The position numbers were made by a program, and so were the translations under genes. A DNA stretch of 64,000 bases from Octopus vulgaris. Lineage: Eukaryota. Shown piece by piece: positions 40,063 to 53,025 of this stretch. The notes below the pieces were generated by a model that did not search any database, was not told the origin of the DNA, and saw nothing but the letters and a program-made list of their open reading frames with translations. The stretch lies in contig OX597824.1 of assembly GCA_951406725.2 (NCBI GenBank), positions 61,566,001 to 61,630,000 on the forward strand. The letters are read 5' to 3'. Position 1 is the first letter of the stretch. Each line of letters begins with the position of its first letter.

Positions 40063-40116
<54 letters not shown>

Positions 40117-40118
<2 letters not shown>

Positions 40119-40785
40119 GGAGTAAGCACATAAATGTGAAACAAGGTGGAAAAAGAGTACTCAAATACCAGAGGTAGAGTAATATGCTTTATATAAAGCA
40201 GCAGAAATATAACAAAAGCTGTTACTCAGAGTTTCACGTTCCCGTTCGTCGGACAGTTTTGTTAACGGCAGTAAAAGTGGGCGCTGGTGAACGTGGCTGG
40301 AATTAGGTCTTTGATTTATAGAAGGAAGATACTGGAAGACAAAGCTAAACCGTGGAACGTACCAGAGTGGATCGGGAATGGAGAGAGAATTTGTGCCTTT
40401 GACACAGGTCACGATGGTATGGTTTAATAGGAAGTTGCCGTTCCTAGATAAGAGATGAGTAGAAGTAAGTAGATGGAAAATTTACATAGCTGATCCACTG
40501 AAGGAGCGAGAGACATTCAAGAATTAGCGAACATTGTTTCAATAACTCTTTATAACTTTAAACATGTTAGAGGTGAGTTTAACGATGATGTTTCGATGCA
40601 TCAGAGAGGTTGCTTTCGGCGGAATGGGACTTTTCAAAACAGACTTCCAAATGTCATGGTATATTGCTGGATAAAGTGAGAGATTAAAAAGTCTGTGGCT
40701 AATAGGAGAAGGTTCTGGATCACAAGTATAATGCCAGGTCCGGTGACCAATTGATTCGAAGTAATTTTGCAGGATTTCCCATAAT
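40117..40785 (-). mobile_element. Hammerhead-bearing element end (Penelope pseudo-LTR-like) abutting (TA)n; right boundary uncertain
   Basis: 40138-40260 matches 26060-26188; GC-richer sequence continues to about 40785 with no recognisable protein motif. Confidence 0.5.
40211..40263 (-). ncRNA. Minimal type-I hammerhead-like motif with a U4C core variant
   Basis: Minus strand AACAAAACUGU-CCGACGA-ACG-GGAA-CGU-GAAA-CUCUGAG-UA-ACAG(C)UUUUGUU: 11-bp stem I with one bulge, 3-bp stem II, quasi-palindromic stem III, GUA site. Confidence 0.6.
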
Positions 40786-41091
40786 AATTATCATATATAA
40801 TATCTGAACAAGATGCCTAAGTACATCCTCTTATATATCCTCAAGGCATTGTCGCTCACATACACCACTGACATTGTATAGAATTTAAGAAGTAATGCAG
40901 CAGAAGCTGCCTTTCAAACTGGCAGAGAATTGTAGACTCCCGTAAATAAAAAAAACTCAAAGCGAGTATTGACAGTAGATGGACATCGTAACCGAAAGAA
41001 TCAACCTTCCAATCTTCGTATATGTACTTACATACATACATTGTGCGTGCGCGCAAGCACAAAGATACACAAACACACCCATAGATGGATG

Positions 41092-41142
<51 letters not shown>

Positions 41143-41859
41143 GGATAGATAGATAGATAGATTGGTAGGTAGGTAGATAGGTAGGTAGGTAGGCAGATAG
41201 ATAGATAGTTGTTGATATAGATATGCTGCAGGAAAGAGGATATATTTACCTAAGCAGAGGACACAACTAAAGTAATACATCAATTCTATTCTATACGTCA
41301 ATAAAAATGTCTCCTCAAATCTCCCTGATTTTTTTCTGTTCCTTCCGACCTAGATGTATGGATCGAATGTGATTCCCATTAATTTGCACATCACCATCTA
41401 TACTAATAAGAATGACAAAGGCCAATGTATTAAATAATGTTTTGACCAAAATTTTAATCCGATATTTTGCTGAAACTAGAATTTTCCTTGTTGAAGTCCC
41501 TCCTTACCAAATTCAAACATTGATTAATACAAAGATATATGCTGCTAGTCTACTGCCAGTTGAGATATACTTCTGGTAGAACATATGGTATGTTGAAATA
41601 TATCTTGTGATACATACAGAACATTCATTTCCAGTAATTAGAACCTCATGCAGCCTACCATCTCGTGTCCGTGTAATGAGGAGTCCGATAAAATGTTGCT
41701 AAAATGTTTTACACATTTGCTTAGAATCGTAACCATGTCATCGACGGCTTTTGTATTTGTCAGTTTCGTACGAGGAAATAGGAAGAAAGAAGGAAGAAAC
41801 AGAAGAGGAAGAGGAGAAAGAATAGAGAAAAGAACCACAATTGCATTAAGTAACGACAG

Positions 41860-42150
41860 ATATCACCACTTAACGGCTCTCCGAAAAGTATTCATTAACA
41901 TCGATGAAGCAATAACGAAGAAAACTGAAACCAACTGACGAAAATGTTGATGGTTTTTCGTGCAAGCAATATATTAACCTCTTTTCTGCATGTCATTGCT
42001 CTTTTCCCATTTGCCAACTGACAACATTTGTAGATACATAAATGGAATACAAATCCAATAAACAAAATACACATTTAACCATTAACAAAGCGTAATTAAA
42101 CAATAAGAATGTAAACAGTATTATTCGGTCAAAAGTTTGTAGAACTGGAA
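41860..42150. repeat. Old diverged repeat, second copy at 43130-43420
   Basis: Shared AATGTTGATGG.TTTTCGT, CATGTCATTGCTCTTTTC, TGTAGA.ACA and GGAATACAA. Confidence 0.75.
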
Positions 42151-42446
42151 TTTGATGCGGAGAGTAACTGAAAAGATGACATGCAGAATACAACTTTAAC
42201 TGTATCAGATGAATTCGTTCGCAATAAAATGAAATATAAATAAAAATAAATACTCTTCTTTGAACCTAAATTTGCAATGATAATTTTGTCCAAGAATGCT
42301 TGTTATAAAACATTGCAAAACAAAGTAACATTACTACGTGGTCGATCTATCACTAAAAGTAGCAACCAATTGTTACGTTCAAGATTCTTGGAAATATGGG
42401 GGACACTTTGGTCAGAAAAGTCATTAATTCTGTCTCTGTCTCTGTC

Positions 42447-42477
<31 letters not shown>

Positions 42478-42541
42478 GACTGTCTGTCTGTCTGTCTGTC
42501 TATCTGACTGTCTGTCTGTCTGTCTGTCTGGTGTCTGTCTG

Positions 42542-42575
<34 letters not shown>

Positions 42576-42841
42576 TCAGAAAATACGTCATGCTGAAATC
42601 TCATAGAAGACAGGTCTGCTCGTTCAGTGCTTATAAAGGACTAAATAACAAAATTGTTATTGAATGTTCTCATCCAGTTTCAAACAACACAGATATTTGC
42701 CATTAGACATGGAATTCATAATCATTTAAGAACCATTCTACGGTTAATTATGACATGAGACGTTCAGGTCGCTATGACAAACAATAGCGATATCTATAAA
42801 TTTATGACACCCAGATATGTTTTAGCAGCAGTAACTTTATA

Positions 42842-43035
<194 letters not shown>

Positions 43036-43789
43036 CTCCATCATGACCACTATTTCTACAAAGACGATGACGGAGAAAATGAAAATGAAGAAGTAGTAAC
43101 AATGATGGAGCCGGTGGGTTGAATAGCGATAGATATCAGTATTTCTCTGCGTCGAAAAGTTATTTCATTAACACCATTCAAATAAGAGCGAAGAAAGCTG
43201 AAATAAGCTGATAAGAATGTTGATGGATTTTCGTCTAAGGATTGCATTAACCTAGTTTCTACATGTCATTGCTCTTTTCTTAATTATTAACTAGTAACCA
43301 AATGTAGACACAATAACGGAATACAAGTTAAGCACTTTGTAAATTCAGTCATAAACAAAGTATCGGATAGTAACAATCAAAACAGTACTATGCTGTTTAA
43401 AATTCCATGGATCCTGTATCATTTAGAATTTTCATATATAAGACGTTAAAACAGGAGATTAGAAACGGTTTATAGATTGAATCGAATGGGCAGGTAACCA
43501 ATAATTATCATAACAATTATATCGCAGAAAGGCATAGGGAAACAAATATGAAGAGAATAGCCAGAATCGCCTATTAAATTGACCCAGTACTTGAGGTGTC
43601 CTTTATTTTAGGACTCGTTAAGGTTTACAGGCACAGTTAACCCATACGGAATTTGAAGAAGCGTAAAAATTTTGAAAAAGGAGGCTCCGGTCAAGCAACC
43701 GTAAGACGCGTTTGGTCTTAATGACCGAACACACATTTCCGTATTCCCTGCCTTCACAACATTCACCAAATCTACCCAGCGGTGATCGC

Positions 43790-44190
43790 TTTTATTCCTT
43801 TATTATTTTACTAGGTTCGACCTTTTGACTGCGACCATTCTGGAGTACTTCTCGAAGGGTTTTAGTAGAACAAATCGGCTGCGGGGCTTATTTTTAAAGA
43901 AGCCTAGTGCTTATTTTATCGATAATTTATTGATAACAACGGTTATCAAGCGGCGATGGGGGATAAAAACAGACGCAAACACACACACACAAGTGTGTTG
44001 GTGTGTTTATATATATATATATATATACGATGGGCTTCTTTCAGTTTCCGTCAACCAAATCCACTCAAAAGGCATTGGTTGGCTCGAGGCTATAGTAGAA
44101 GACACTTGCCCACGGTGCCACGTAGTGGGATTGAACCCCGAACCATATAGTTTGGAAGCAGGCTTCTTACCACTCAACCACGACTGTACA
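43790..44190 (-). mobile_element. SINE family A, older copy
   Basis: GGCTTCTTTCAGTTTCCGTC.ACCAAATCCACTCA...GAAGACACTTGCCC. Confidence 0.85.
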
Positions 44191-45149
44191 TACAGTCTTA
44201 TGAAATTGGGCTTGGTCCAAGCGTTAACGTCTTTGTCACCGATGTCTTTTATCGCGGCCATTGTGTTCTTTCTTCCAAAACTTGAAGAGTTATTCTCAGA
44301 GCATGTAAGAAACATATTAATGGTTCCTTGAGGAATGCAAGAATATTTCTTAGCCGCATTACCAATTCATGTGCATGTCATTTTTCTCCAAGATCTTTTG
44401 TACAGCTTCAAACAAAAATGCACATCTGTATGCGTTCATATTTAGATTATTTTCTGTTGAAATTTATGTATTCAAAGGGCAATTCTTTCACCCAAATTCT
44501 CGTCATTTGTGTTGGTGTGATTTTAAAAATTTGTTGTGAACATTTTCATATATGCAACGCTAGGATTATCAGCTACAGTTTTAATCTCTATAACAGGACT
44601 AATTCTTCACAAAATGCTGTTGTGAAGTTTTGGTTTGTTGTACATAAACTCCTGGAAAACATTTGCCTCCAGTTTTTCTACGGAGCACCATTTTGTTCGG
44701 ACAAAGTAAAATAAAATTGCATACCACAAAATAATTTTATTGTTTTGGATGCTGCATGGACAGACTACAAATGCTCTGTATACAATCTATTCTTCTGTTC
44801 AGTAAAATCTATTCTTCTGTTCAGTAAAAAATTTGGTCCATTCCCTAGCCAAGAACGCACCAGAAATAACGTCATAAGTGGTCAGCCACGAATAATAATG
44901 GTAATAGTAGTAACAATAACAAGAGCATTCAGAGAGAGCAAACCTCCGCCAAGTCAACACCAACGTCCTCTCAACGATTAACCAGCGATGATTTTTAAAA
45001 TGAGGATATCGGAAATAATTTCGACTGCTCTCACAAACGAGAATACTGAAAAATGAAACCGACCTCTCGCAAAAATTAAGTAAAAAATAAAGCAAGAAAA
45101 ATAATCCAGAATAATCCAAAATAATCCGGTACCGAATTGATATCAAAAT

Positions 45150-48100
45150 CTAAGCCTCTCGTGCTAGTCACGAGGCTAAATATCCCCTCCACCGACAGCA
45201 TTGTCCGACTGGGCTGTCAGCGTTTGGAGACACTCTAGGTACCAAGTGCCCTGCCTCGGTCTACGCCTGATCCAGGACTGTAGCTCTGTGAATGAGACGA
45301 GGTACGGAAAAGCGAGTTCAACAAACAGCGACCATACCTGCTCACCATTAAGGCATCCCTGGAGATAGCGCATTTCTGCGCATCCTCAGTCATGACATGC
45401 CCCATCCTCCACGGAATAAGTGTTGACAGCAAATGGACCGTCTGACAATCCGTACCTGTCACCTCTACAGGAAGGGGAAGTGCAAATGCACAAGCCTGTT
45501 CAGCCACGGAGCAGGGCAGGGGACAACAGTCAGGTGGTGTTATGTGGCGGATGCGATGTACGCATTCGCCACCTCCACCCGATCTTTCAGGGGCAGCTTC
45601 TCCGCCCATTTTTGGGTGAGACTGGCCATCCTGTCACCTCGCTTCAGTCTTTGTCTACTTGAAGATCCGGACGGGAACAAACCCCGAGCTACTTAACAGG
45701 TCCTTCCGACCAGCGTTCCGCAGCGCTGTCGATTGGCATAGTCCTGCCTCTCCAGGTGCTGAGCTGCAGGCCCACTGAATTCTCCTGGTTCATTATTACT
45801 CCTGTCACCGCTTCGTATTCCTTTAGGATAATACCACCATCTCGATTTCCGAGATGTCCGACAATATCACGGCGACATCGCCCGCATAACCCGATACGAA
45901 CTTTCCGCATCTCAGTTCACCCGGGATACACTTCGAAACTTCCGGCTCCTGCAGTAATGGTTTGAGTGCCAGTACGTAGAGAAATGGTGAGAGTAGGCAT
46001 CTTTGATGGACCGAACGTACGATACTAAACGATTCCGAAAACGGCCATTTACTTTGACTACCGAACAGATGTCGCTGTACATTGTGGTGATCCAGCATCT
46101 GAAAATGGGACCGAAACCAGCCGTTTGAGGACAGCTTCCAAGTACAGATGGTCGACCAAATCAGAAGCTTTCGACTTAACCACATGTTTCAGAGCCCTAC
46201 CCATGCCAGGTTATTTACCAACTCTCTCTCTCTCTCTCTCTATGATGTATTGCATGAGGTGGGGATGGTCGTGTATAGTTCTGTTGGAGATGCGCAAGTC
46301 TGTCAACGACAAACGCCAACCTAGTTGTTAACACCTTGGCCAAAATTTTACAATCTGTATTTAGCAGAGTTATCGACGTTAAGTTATCAATAATGTTCCC
46401 CACCATCCTGTTCGGATCCTTTCTCAGTAGCGTCATCAGATCTCGCCTTGCAGATCTGGGTATTCTCCCATTCTGCTGCCAGACATCTTCCAAAATATCA
46501 CCAAACATGTTTAGCATATGTATATAAAGCTCGAAGGGCAGTCCATCTAATCTCGAAAACCTATCCCTCGTGCAACTAGCCAACGCGCCCTTTACATCTT
46601 CAGCTGTTATCATCATTTCGCAGAACTCGACGTCCATCACTGAAAACCGCAGCATACCATCAAGGTAGGAAGTGAAGCTCACCTTTAGATCCGGACCACC
46701 GTACAGCCCGTAGAGTTCAGTAAACTGCCGCTGAAATTCCGCAGAAATCTGATCCAATTCGAGTAGCATGCGCCCGTCCTGACCCCTCAAGGACCGAATT
46801 GCAGTTTTATTAGCACGTGTGCCTTGGCCACTCGGGCCCATCGAAAGTCTTTCGTTCTCTTCTGCTTTAGAGCAAGTGCCCTAGCTCTGACAATGCTACC
46901 TTCATGCTTGGTGTTGAAGAATTGGTTCAGATGTAATCTCGCTGCCAGCATGTCGGTCGTTATGCTTCTACTGAATGCCTCTTGTAATTTCTTAACTAGG
47001 CTTTCCTCTACTCTAGTCTTCTCTATCGCCAGTTCCCGGCCAAATTCTACTCCTTCTAATCTAATGGTCCGTTTTAGAGGTCCCCCACCATCGATCGTTG
47101 ACGACTGCACGCGTCAACTTGCAATGGACTAACTTGCTAAGCCGGTCTCTGAAAGCTTGACGAGCCGGGAAGGACGCGAACAGCTAAAGAACTCCTGCAA
47201 AGCATCTAAAGAACTCCTGCTGCCCCACTCCAATCAGTACGTACACTGTGACAAGTCTAAAAGCACTGTCTTTGTTATCAGTTATCATTCACGTCCAGGA
47301 CCACGGACTTAACTTCCGGGTCCAGGAAGACCGACCGTATCTCGAGATCTGCGCCTTTTCTGAACAACAGTTCCACCCCAACTCATTCTCGGTCGACTAA
47401 GAGATGCAAAAATCTCAGAGTCGTCGAAAATGGGAAGCACGGCCCGTGTGCCCGTGATCCTGATCTCATTTACGACTATTACATCCAGACTTAGGCACCT
47501 GAGTTGATTGCGCAAACGTCCTTGATTCCACGATGACCGCAGGTCACGTACATTTATACAACCCACTTTAAGAACTACCATGCAGGCCAGGAAGTACAGA
47601 AAGGAAAAAGGGAGTTTTGTTTGCGATCGAGTGGTTCTCTCACCCCGTATGTTTCGTTGGGTTTCTCTGGGAAACCCCGTAAAAGCCATCTGCTGGCCGT
47701 TACACTGGTAGATCCAATGTCATACGTGTAGCCCCGCTGAATGCTCGTATAAGACTCTGCTGTCATTCGTACCAACATTAGGCTTTCTGGCACTCTAAAA
47801 GTGTTGGGGCTGCAGATAATCCTCTCTGTCTCAATGTTCTCGTTTTGTGCTATGAGAGCCATCAGTTTTCATTGGCCCTCCTTACTAGCATGAAATTCAC
47901 CTGACTTTTTGTTGCTGTTGCTCTTCTTGTTTTTGTCGACATAGGTTGTGGTGCTTTCGTTGGACATGTGTTTCTGCTCTTCTGTTCTGATTCTGAGGGC
48001 AGAAAAACCGTAACTAGCCTGTTGAACCACAATTGTGGAACCTCGGCCTTCTGCCCTCCATATTCATTCTTAGTTCTACTCCATTTCAGAGGGAAATCAG

Positions 48101-49075
48101 GTCTGAGATTATCTTTAACTGCTCTAGCTTCACTTAGAGAAGAATCTGCGATGTAGTCCCAACCCAAATCTCCCTCCTCGATCTTTTAACATCCAGGGGA
48201 TTTTATCCCCCGTCCGTACAAATACAGACGAGAATCCACCATAAATCCAAGCATGGCGGGACACTAGTCACCGTAATTCGTAATGCCCTTCTTCCCATGT
48301 ACATTGCGAAGAGGGCATTTCCTCGGTGCGACGCGTGGTCACCTAGCTTTATACCACATGCCCCACCCAGTCTTAAAAAGGACCTTTACTCGGCCGTAAA
48401 GCCTCGCTCACACAAAGTGGTGGATATCATGCTATATGTTTGTTCAAGTTTCAAGCACCTGTAGAAATCTATCCGTTTGGCTGTTGCTTCAAGCACGTCG
48501 CTTGGAGGCATCAATTCTGCCCGCCTTCAATTCATTTTCATATATTTTGTTGCCTTGTTTAGTTTTTCTATTTTGTTCTCTAATGAGATGTTAGCCAATT
48601 CCTTATATGCCGTGATATTTGCAAAAGTTTCTTTCCCGCCGCTAACTCCATTTTTTAGACTCTTCCCAGCAGCAGTTGCTTTCAATGTTGTTCTTCGTGC
48701 TACTACAATTTCCATAAAGTGAAGAAAACTTTACTCCTTCCTTCCCACGTCCATACAAATACAGACGAGAATCCACTATAAATCCAAGCCTAGCGGGACA
48801 CCTTTCTGCTTTGCATCTTCTTTCTTCTTTTCTTGACTCTTCACTTCTTCTTTCCTTCCTTCCTTCCTTCCTTCCTTCCTTCCTTCCTCTTTTCTTCCTG
48901 CTGTTACTGCCAATCATGGAGGGGTGGACGGGGAAGTCCTCGTGCAAATTGCCGTACCACATTCCTTCTTCACTCCCGCTTTTCTTTGCCATCTTCAATA
49001 CTTACTTTCTTTGGAGCAAATTTTCGAAGAATTTGAAAACAAAAAGAATTGTATCACCCACAAAATGGGGCTTTA
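45150..49075 (-). mobile_element. Decayed Tx1/L1-clade LINE (ORF1 relic, APE, RT), 3' end missing
   Basis: APE start VGCINVRDLR...DVIVVNE; RT motifs DGLPFELY, TLLRKD, ITLLNTDCKILAKVL, VHQRCLLSPFLYVLAL.P, YAGDV, YEAVTG..MN..NS; many stops and frameshifts. Confidence 0.88.
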
Positions 49076-49201
49076 GTTAACAAACGGTAGCCCCCCGCTG
49101 AAGGGTAGCTGGCTTGCAAAATATTTTAAACAACAAAATACAATCGCTCCCAAAATACACCTCCAGCTATTGTGATAATAATAATAATAATAATAATAAT
49201 G

Positions 49202-49262
<61 letters not shown>

Positions 49263-49307
49263 TAATAATAATGATAATGATAATAATAATAAAAATAATG
49301 ATGATAA

Positions 49308-50395
49308 AACCAGACAATCTCAGATATTGTGAGTATGTGTAGCAGGCTGGCCCAAAAGCACTGCAAAAGGAGGCATGATAACGTGGCTAAGTTCGTCCAC
49401 TTGAGGCTATGTGAAAAGCACGGCTTGAACAGAGCACGGAGATGGTACGAACATGAACCAGAAGGAGTCACCGAGAACAGGGAACATAAGATACTGTGGG
49501 ATTTTACAATCTAATGGATTCCTTAATCGAGGATCAGAGACCAGATATCGTTGTGTTAGATAAAAGAAAAAAAGGAAACCAAGATCGTGGCTGTGTGGTA
49601 AGTAGCTTGCTAACCAGCCACATGGTTCCGGGTTCAGTCCCACTGCGTGGCACCTTGGGCAAGTGTCTTCTGCTATAGCCCCGGGCCGACCAATGCCTTG
49701 TGAGTGGATTTGGTAGACGGAAACTGAAAGAAGCCTGTCGTGTATATGTATATATATGTATATGTATGTGTGTCTGTGTTTGTGTGTCTGTGTTTGTCCC
49801 CCTAGCATTGCTTGACAACCGATGCTGGTGTGTTTACGTCCCCGTAACTTAGCGGTTCGGCAAAAGAGACCGATAGAATAAGTACTGGGCTTACAAAGAA
49901 TAAGTCTCGGAGTCGATTTGCTCGACTAAAGGCGGTGCGCCAGCATGGCCGCAGTCAAATGACTGAAACAAGTAAAAGAGTAAAAGAGTAAAAGAGTATT
50001 AAAATACTGGGAGATGCAGGCATATGCGCCAAACAACTAGAAAAGATTGAAAAGTACAGACTACTAAAAGACGAAATTGCAAGAATGTGGGCGATGAGGA
50101 GTATGTCTGTCATTCCAATAGTTGTAGGGGTACTCGGAGCACTAACAACCAAGTTCGAGAAATATCAAAGAAATGGAATTGAAAGCAGATCAAGCCAAAA
50201 TACTGCTCTGGTGGGGACAGATCGTATTTTGAGATTGGTATTTGGATGTTGAATGTCTCCTACGATAATTAACAACCCGGTATCAAAGCTCAAAATGTGC
50301 GGTAAGATACTCCGTGAGACTTCTGACAGTAGGTTGCTGTCCGATCTCACAGAATCTACCAGAACAAACAAGACCGAACGTTCTGAGAAGTAAAG
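49308..50395 (+). mobile_element. 5'-truncated R4/Dong LINE (same subfamily as 14920-15706) interrupted by a SINE
   Basis: CSRLAQKHCKRRHDNVAKFVH, KILWDFTI, RPDIVV, then VIPIVVGVLGAL after the SINE; (AAT)n before and (AAC)n after. Confidence 0.88.
49586..49998 (+). mobile_element. SINE family A nested in the Dong RLE region
   Basis: Near-identical to 19595-19970, with a (TAAAAGAG)n tail. Confidence 0.92.
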
Positions 50396-50446
50396 CAACA
50401 ACAACAACAACAACAACAACAATAAAAATACTAATAATAATATTAA

Positions 50447-50844
50447 TCCTTTCTGCTATAGGCACAAGGCTTGAAATTTTGTTTTGGGGTAGGGGACTAG
50501 TCGATTACATCGAGCCCAGTGTTTCACTGGTTGTTAATTTATTGACCCCCATAATTTAGCGACGGGCAAAATACCGCTAAGTATTTCATCCAGCGTGCTA
50601 TCGATTCTGCCAGCTCGCCGCCTTAATGATAATAATAATAATCATTTCTGCTATAGGTACAAGGCCTGAAATTTGTGGGGTGGAGAATAATTGATTAGAT
50701 CAACCCCGGTACTTATTTCATAGACCCCGAAAGGATGAAATGTACAGTCGACATCGTCGGAATTTGAACTCAGAACCTACAGACGGACGAAATACTGCTA
50801 AGCATTTTTCCAGGTATCTTAACGATTCGACCAGCTCACCACCC

Positions 50845-50845
<1 letters not shown>
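50447..50845 (-). mobile_element. Two head-to-tail SINE family B copies separated by (AAT)n
   Basis: TTTCTGCTATAGG.ACAAGGC...CCAGCTC.CC.CC at 50447-50625 and 50645-50845. Confidence 0.85.
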
Positions 50846-50935
<90 letters not shown>

Positions 50936-52534
50936 AAGAGAAATAGAAGAAGAAGAAGAATGTGGTGATGAAGAGGAAGAAATAGTGAAAACTATAATGT
51001 TTATAATTATAATCTTTATATCCAGACCATCATCACTGTCATTACTATGACCATTACCGTTTTTGTTACTATTATCATCCCTTTGACCCAGCATAACATT
51101 ATTAAAAATATCACTGCTGTCCACATTCTCATCAACATCAAAACAGACCTGAGCATAACCAATGTCATTATAATCAGGAATATTGATTTTTTTAAAGTAC
51201 ATATATTTGATTAAATATTGATTTCTTAGATAATTAACAGCATTACTGGGGATGGTAACAATGATTCAGGGTGATTAATATCTTTTACAGACATTGACTT
51301 CTTCCCATATGAAAAATCTCTTATAAACATAGAAAACAACAATAGCCATATTCAGGTGATGCTCTCCATCACATCTCCAACAAAATCATTGTCTTTTAAA
51401 TTGTATGGCTACAGGAATCAACTATGTTTATATTTGCATTCTAAATTTGCAACCTTTTTCAAGCTTCAAACCTTTTTTTCTTTTACTCAACGAATAAGGT
51501 TTCTCATATATAATTTCACGTTGAAATTATAGGTTGTGAATTGTTTTAGAGTAATTTTTCTGTTTCTTTATCTGGGGTATTTTGACAGTAAATTTTAATA
51601 TTTTTCTACATATTTGGTGATTAAGGAACAATTATTTTCTATGATATTCGTTTCTGGTTTAGTATTGCTGTGAGGGTGCGACAAAAAATTATTGTTTCTG
51701 ATTTGTTAATTAGCTCCTTTTAACGAATATCGAAGAGACCTTATGTTTATTGTTATTCTTACATCGCACGTCCTCAGACAGCGTATGCTCCCGAAGATCT
51801 TTCAGAGACCTACAAAACCCATACATTTGCATAGGAAACATGTATATGTGTTGTAGTATTTTAGTTCCATTTAGGTCTTTTTGTTCCATTTTCTATTATA
51901 ATCTTCTTCGTGATATACATTTACTAAAAAGGTTCCTTTTAAAGATACTACTCCTTTTTGATAATTTTTCTATTATTGAATATTTCAAAATGTTGCGAAG
52001 AAATACTTCTAAGCAACCAGCGGGTTGTTTCAAGGCTGAACAAATTGACTTTATTTATATCACACACATGTTATTAAAGAAGATATTTACGCGAATCACG
52101 CTTTAAAATTTCCACACCAATAAAATCTTAACTCTGAAAACTAAGAACTATTGCAAAAGTAATCAGCTTTGCTTTGCTTAATACAATATTAAATTCGAAT
52201 ATTATGGACACGATATATTAGGAAAAAACCAAAAATGTGTGCCCGCTCTCATTTCGGTCGTCAGAAGTTCTCATTATCGAAGATGATAAGCAGGAGAAGA
52301 GGAATTGGAGAATGATTACCACTGATGATTAGAAAATAGGACTAAAAATAAATAACGTAAAATAAGAAAAATAAAAACAGTTAAGTGAAACGAATTGTTT
52401 TATTAATTGAAAGAATAAATTTTATGTAGAAAGTTTTAATCAAAATAGGTGAGAATGTCAGGGTCATTTCTAATTTGCTGTATCAAACTTCTGAACAGCT
52501 ACTAGTACAACCACCACCACCACCACCACCACCG

Positions 52535-52591
<57 letters not shown>

Positions 52592-52609
52592 ATAATAATA
52601 ATAATAATA

Positions 52610-52825
52610 AGGGACTCAAATTTTGGCACAGCACCAGTATTTTTTGAATGGTGGGATAAGTCAGTTACATCGACCCCTATTGCTCAATGGTAGTTATTTT
52701 ATAGATCCCGAAAGGATGAAAAGACAAAAACAATCAGGGTGGTACTTGAACACTGAATGCAATGACCGGATGAAATACAAGCAAGTATTTCGTTTAACAC
52801 TCAAACAATCTACTAGCTCACCGCT

Positions 52826-52890
<65 letters not shown>

Positions 52891-53025
52891 TCTTTCTAAT
52901 ATAGTGGAGTGGAATCTACTTGCTTCTAACGATCCCAGAACTTGACTTATTCTTTATTTTTGTCGATCCTGAACAGATAAAGCATCGTTTATTTTGGTCT
53001 GAATTGGACTCGGGACGTAAAGAGC
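52610..53025 (-). mobile_element. Two decayed SINE family B copies around an (AAT)n tract
   Basis: ACATCGACCCC...CCCGAAAGGATGAAA...AGCTCACCGC; second relic at 52892-53025. Confidence 0.6.

Noticed and set aside
40265-40785. Possible Penelope ORF next to the hammerhead end
   Set aside because: No RT or GIY-YIG motif readable in any frame I tried.
44783-44826. 22-bp tandem duplication AATCTATTCTTCTGTTCAGTAA
   Set aside because: Ordinary slippage duplication with no further structure.
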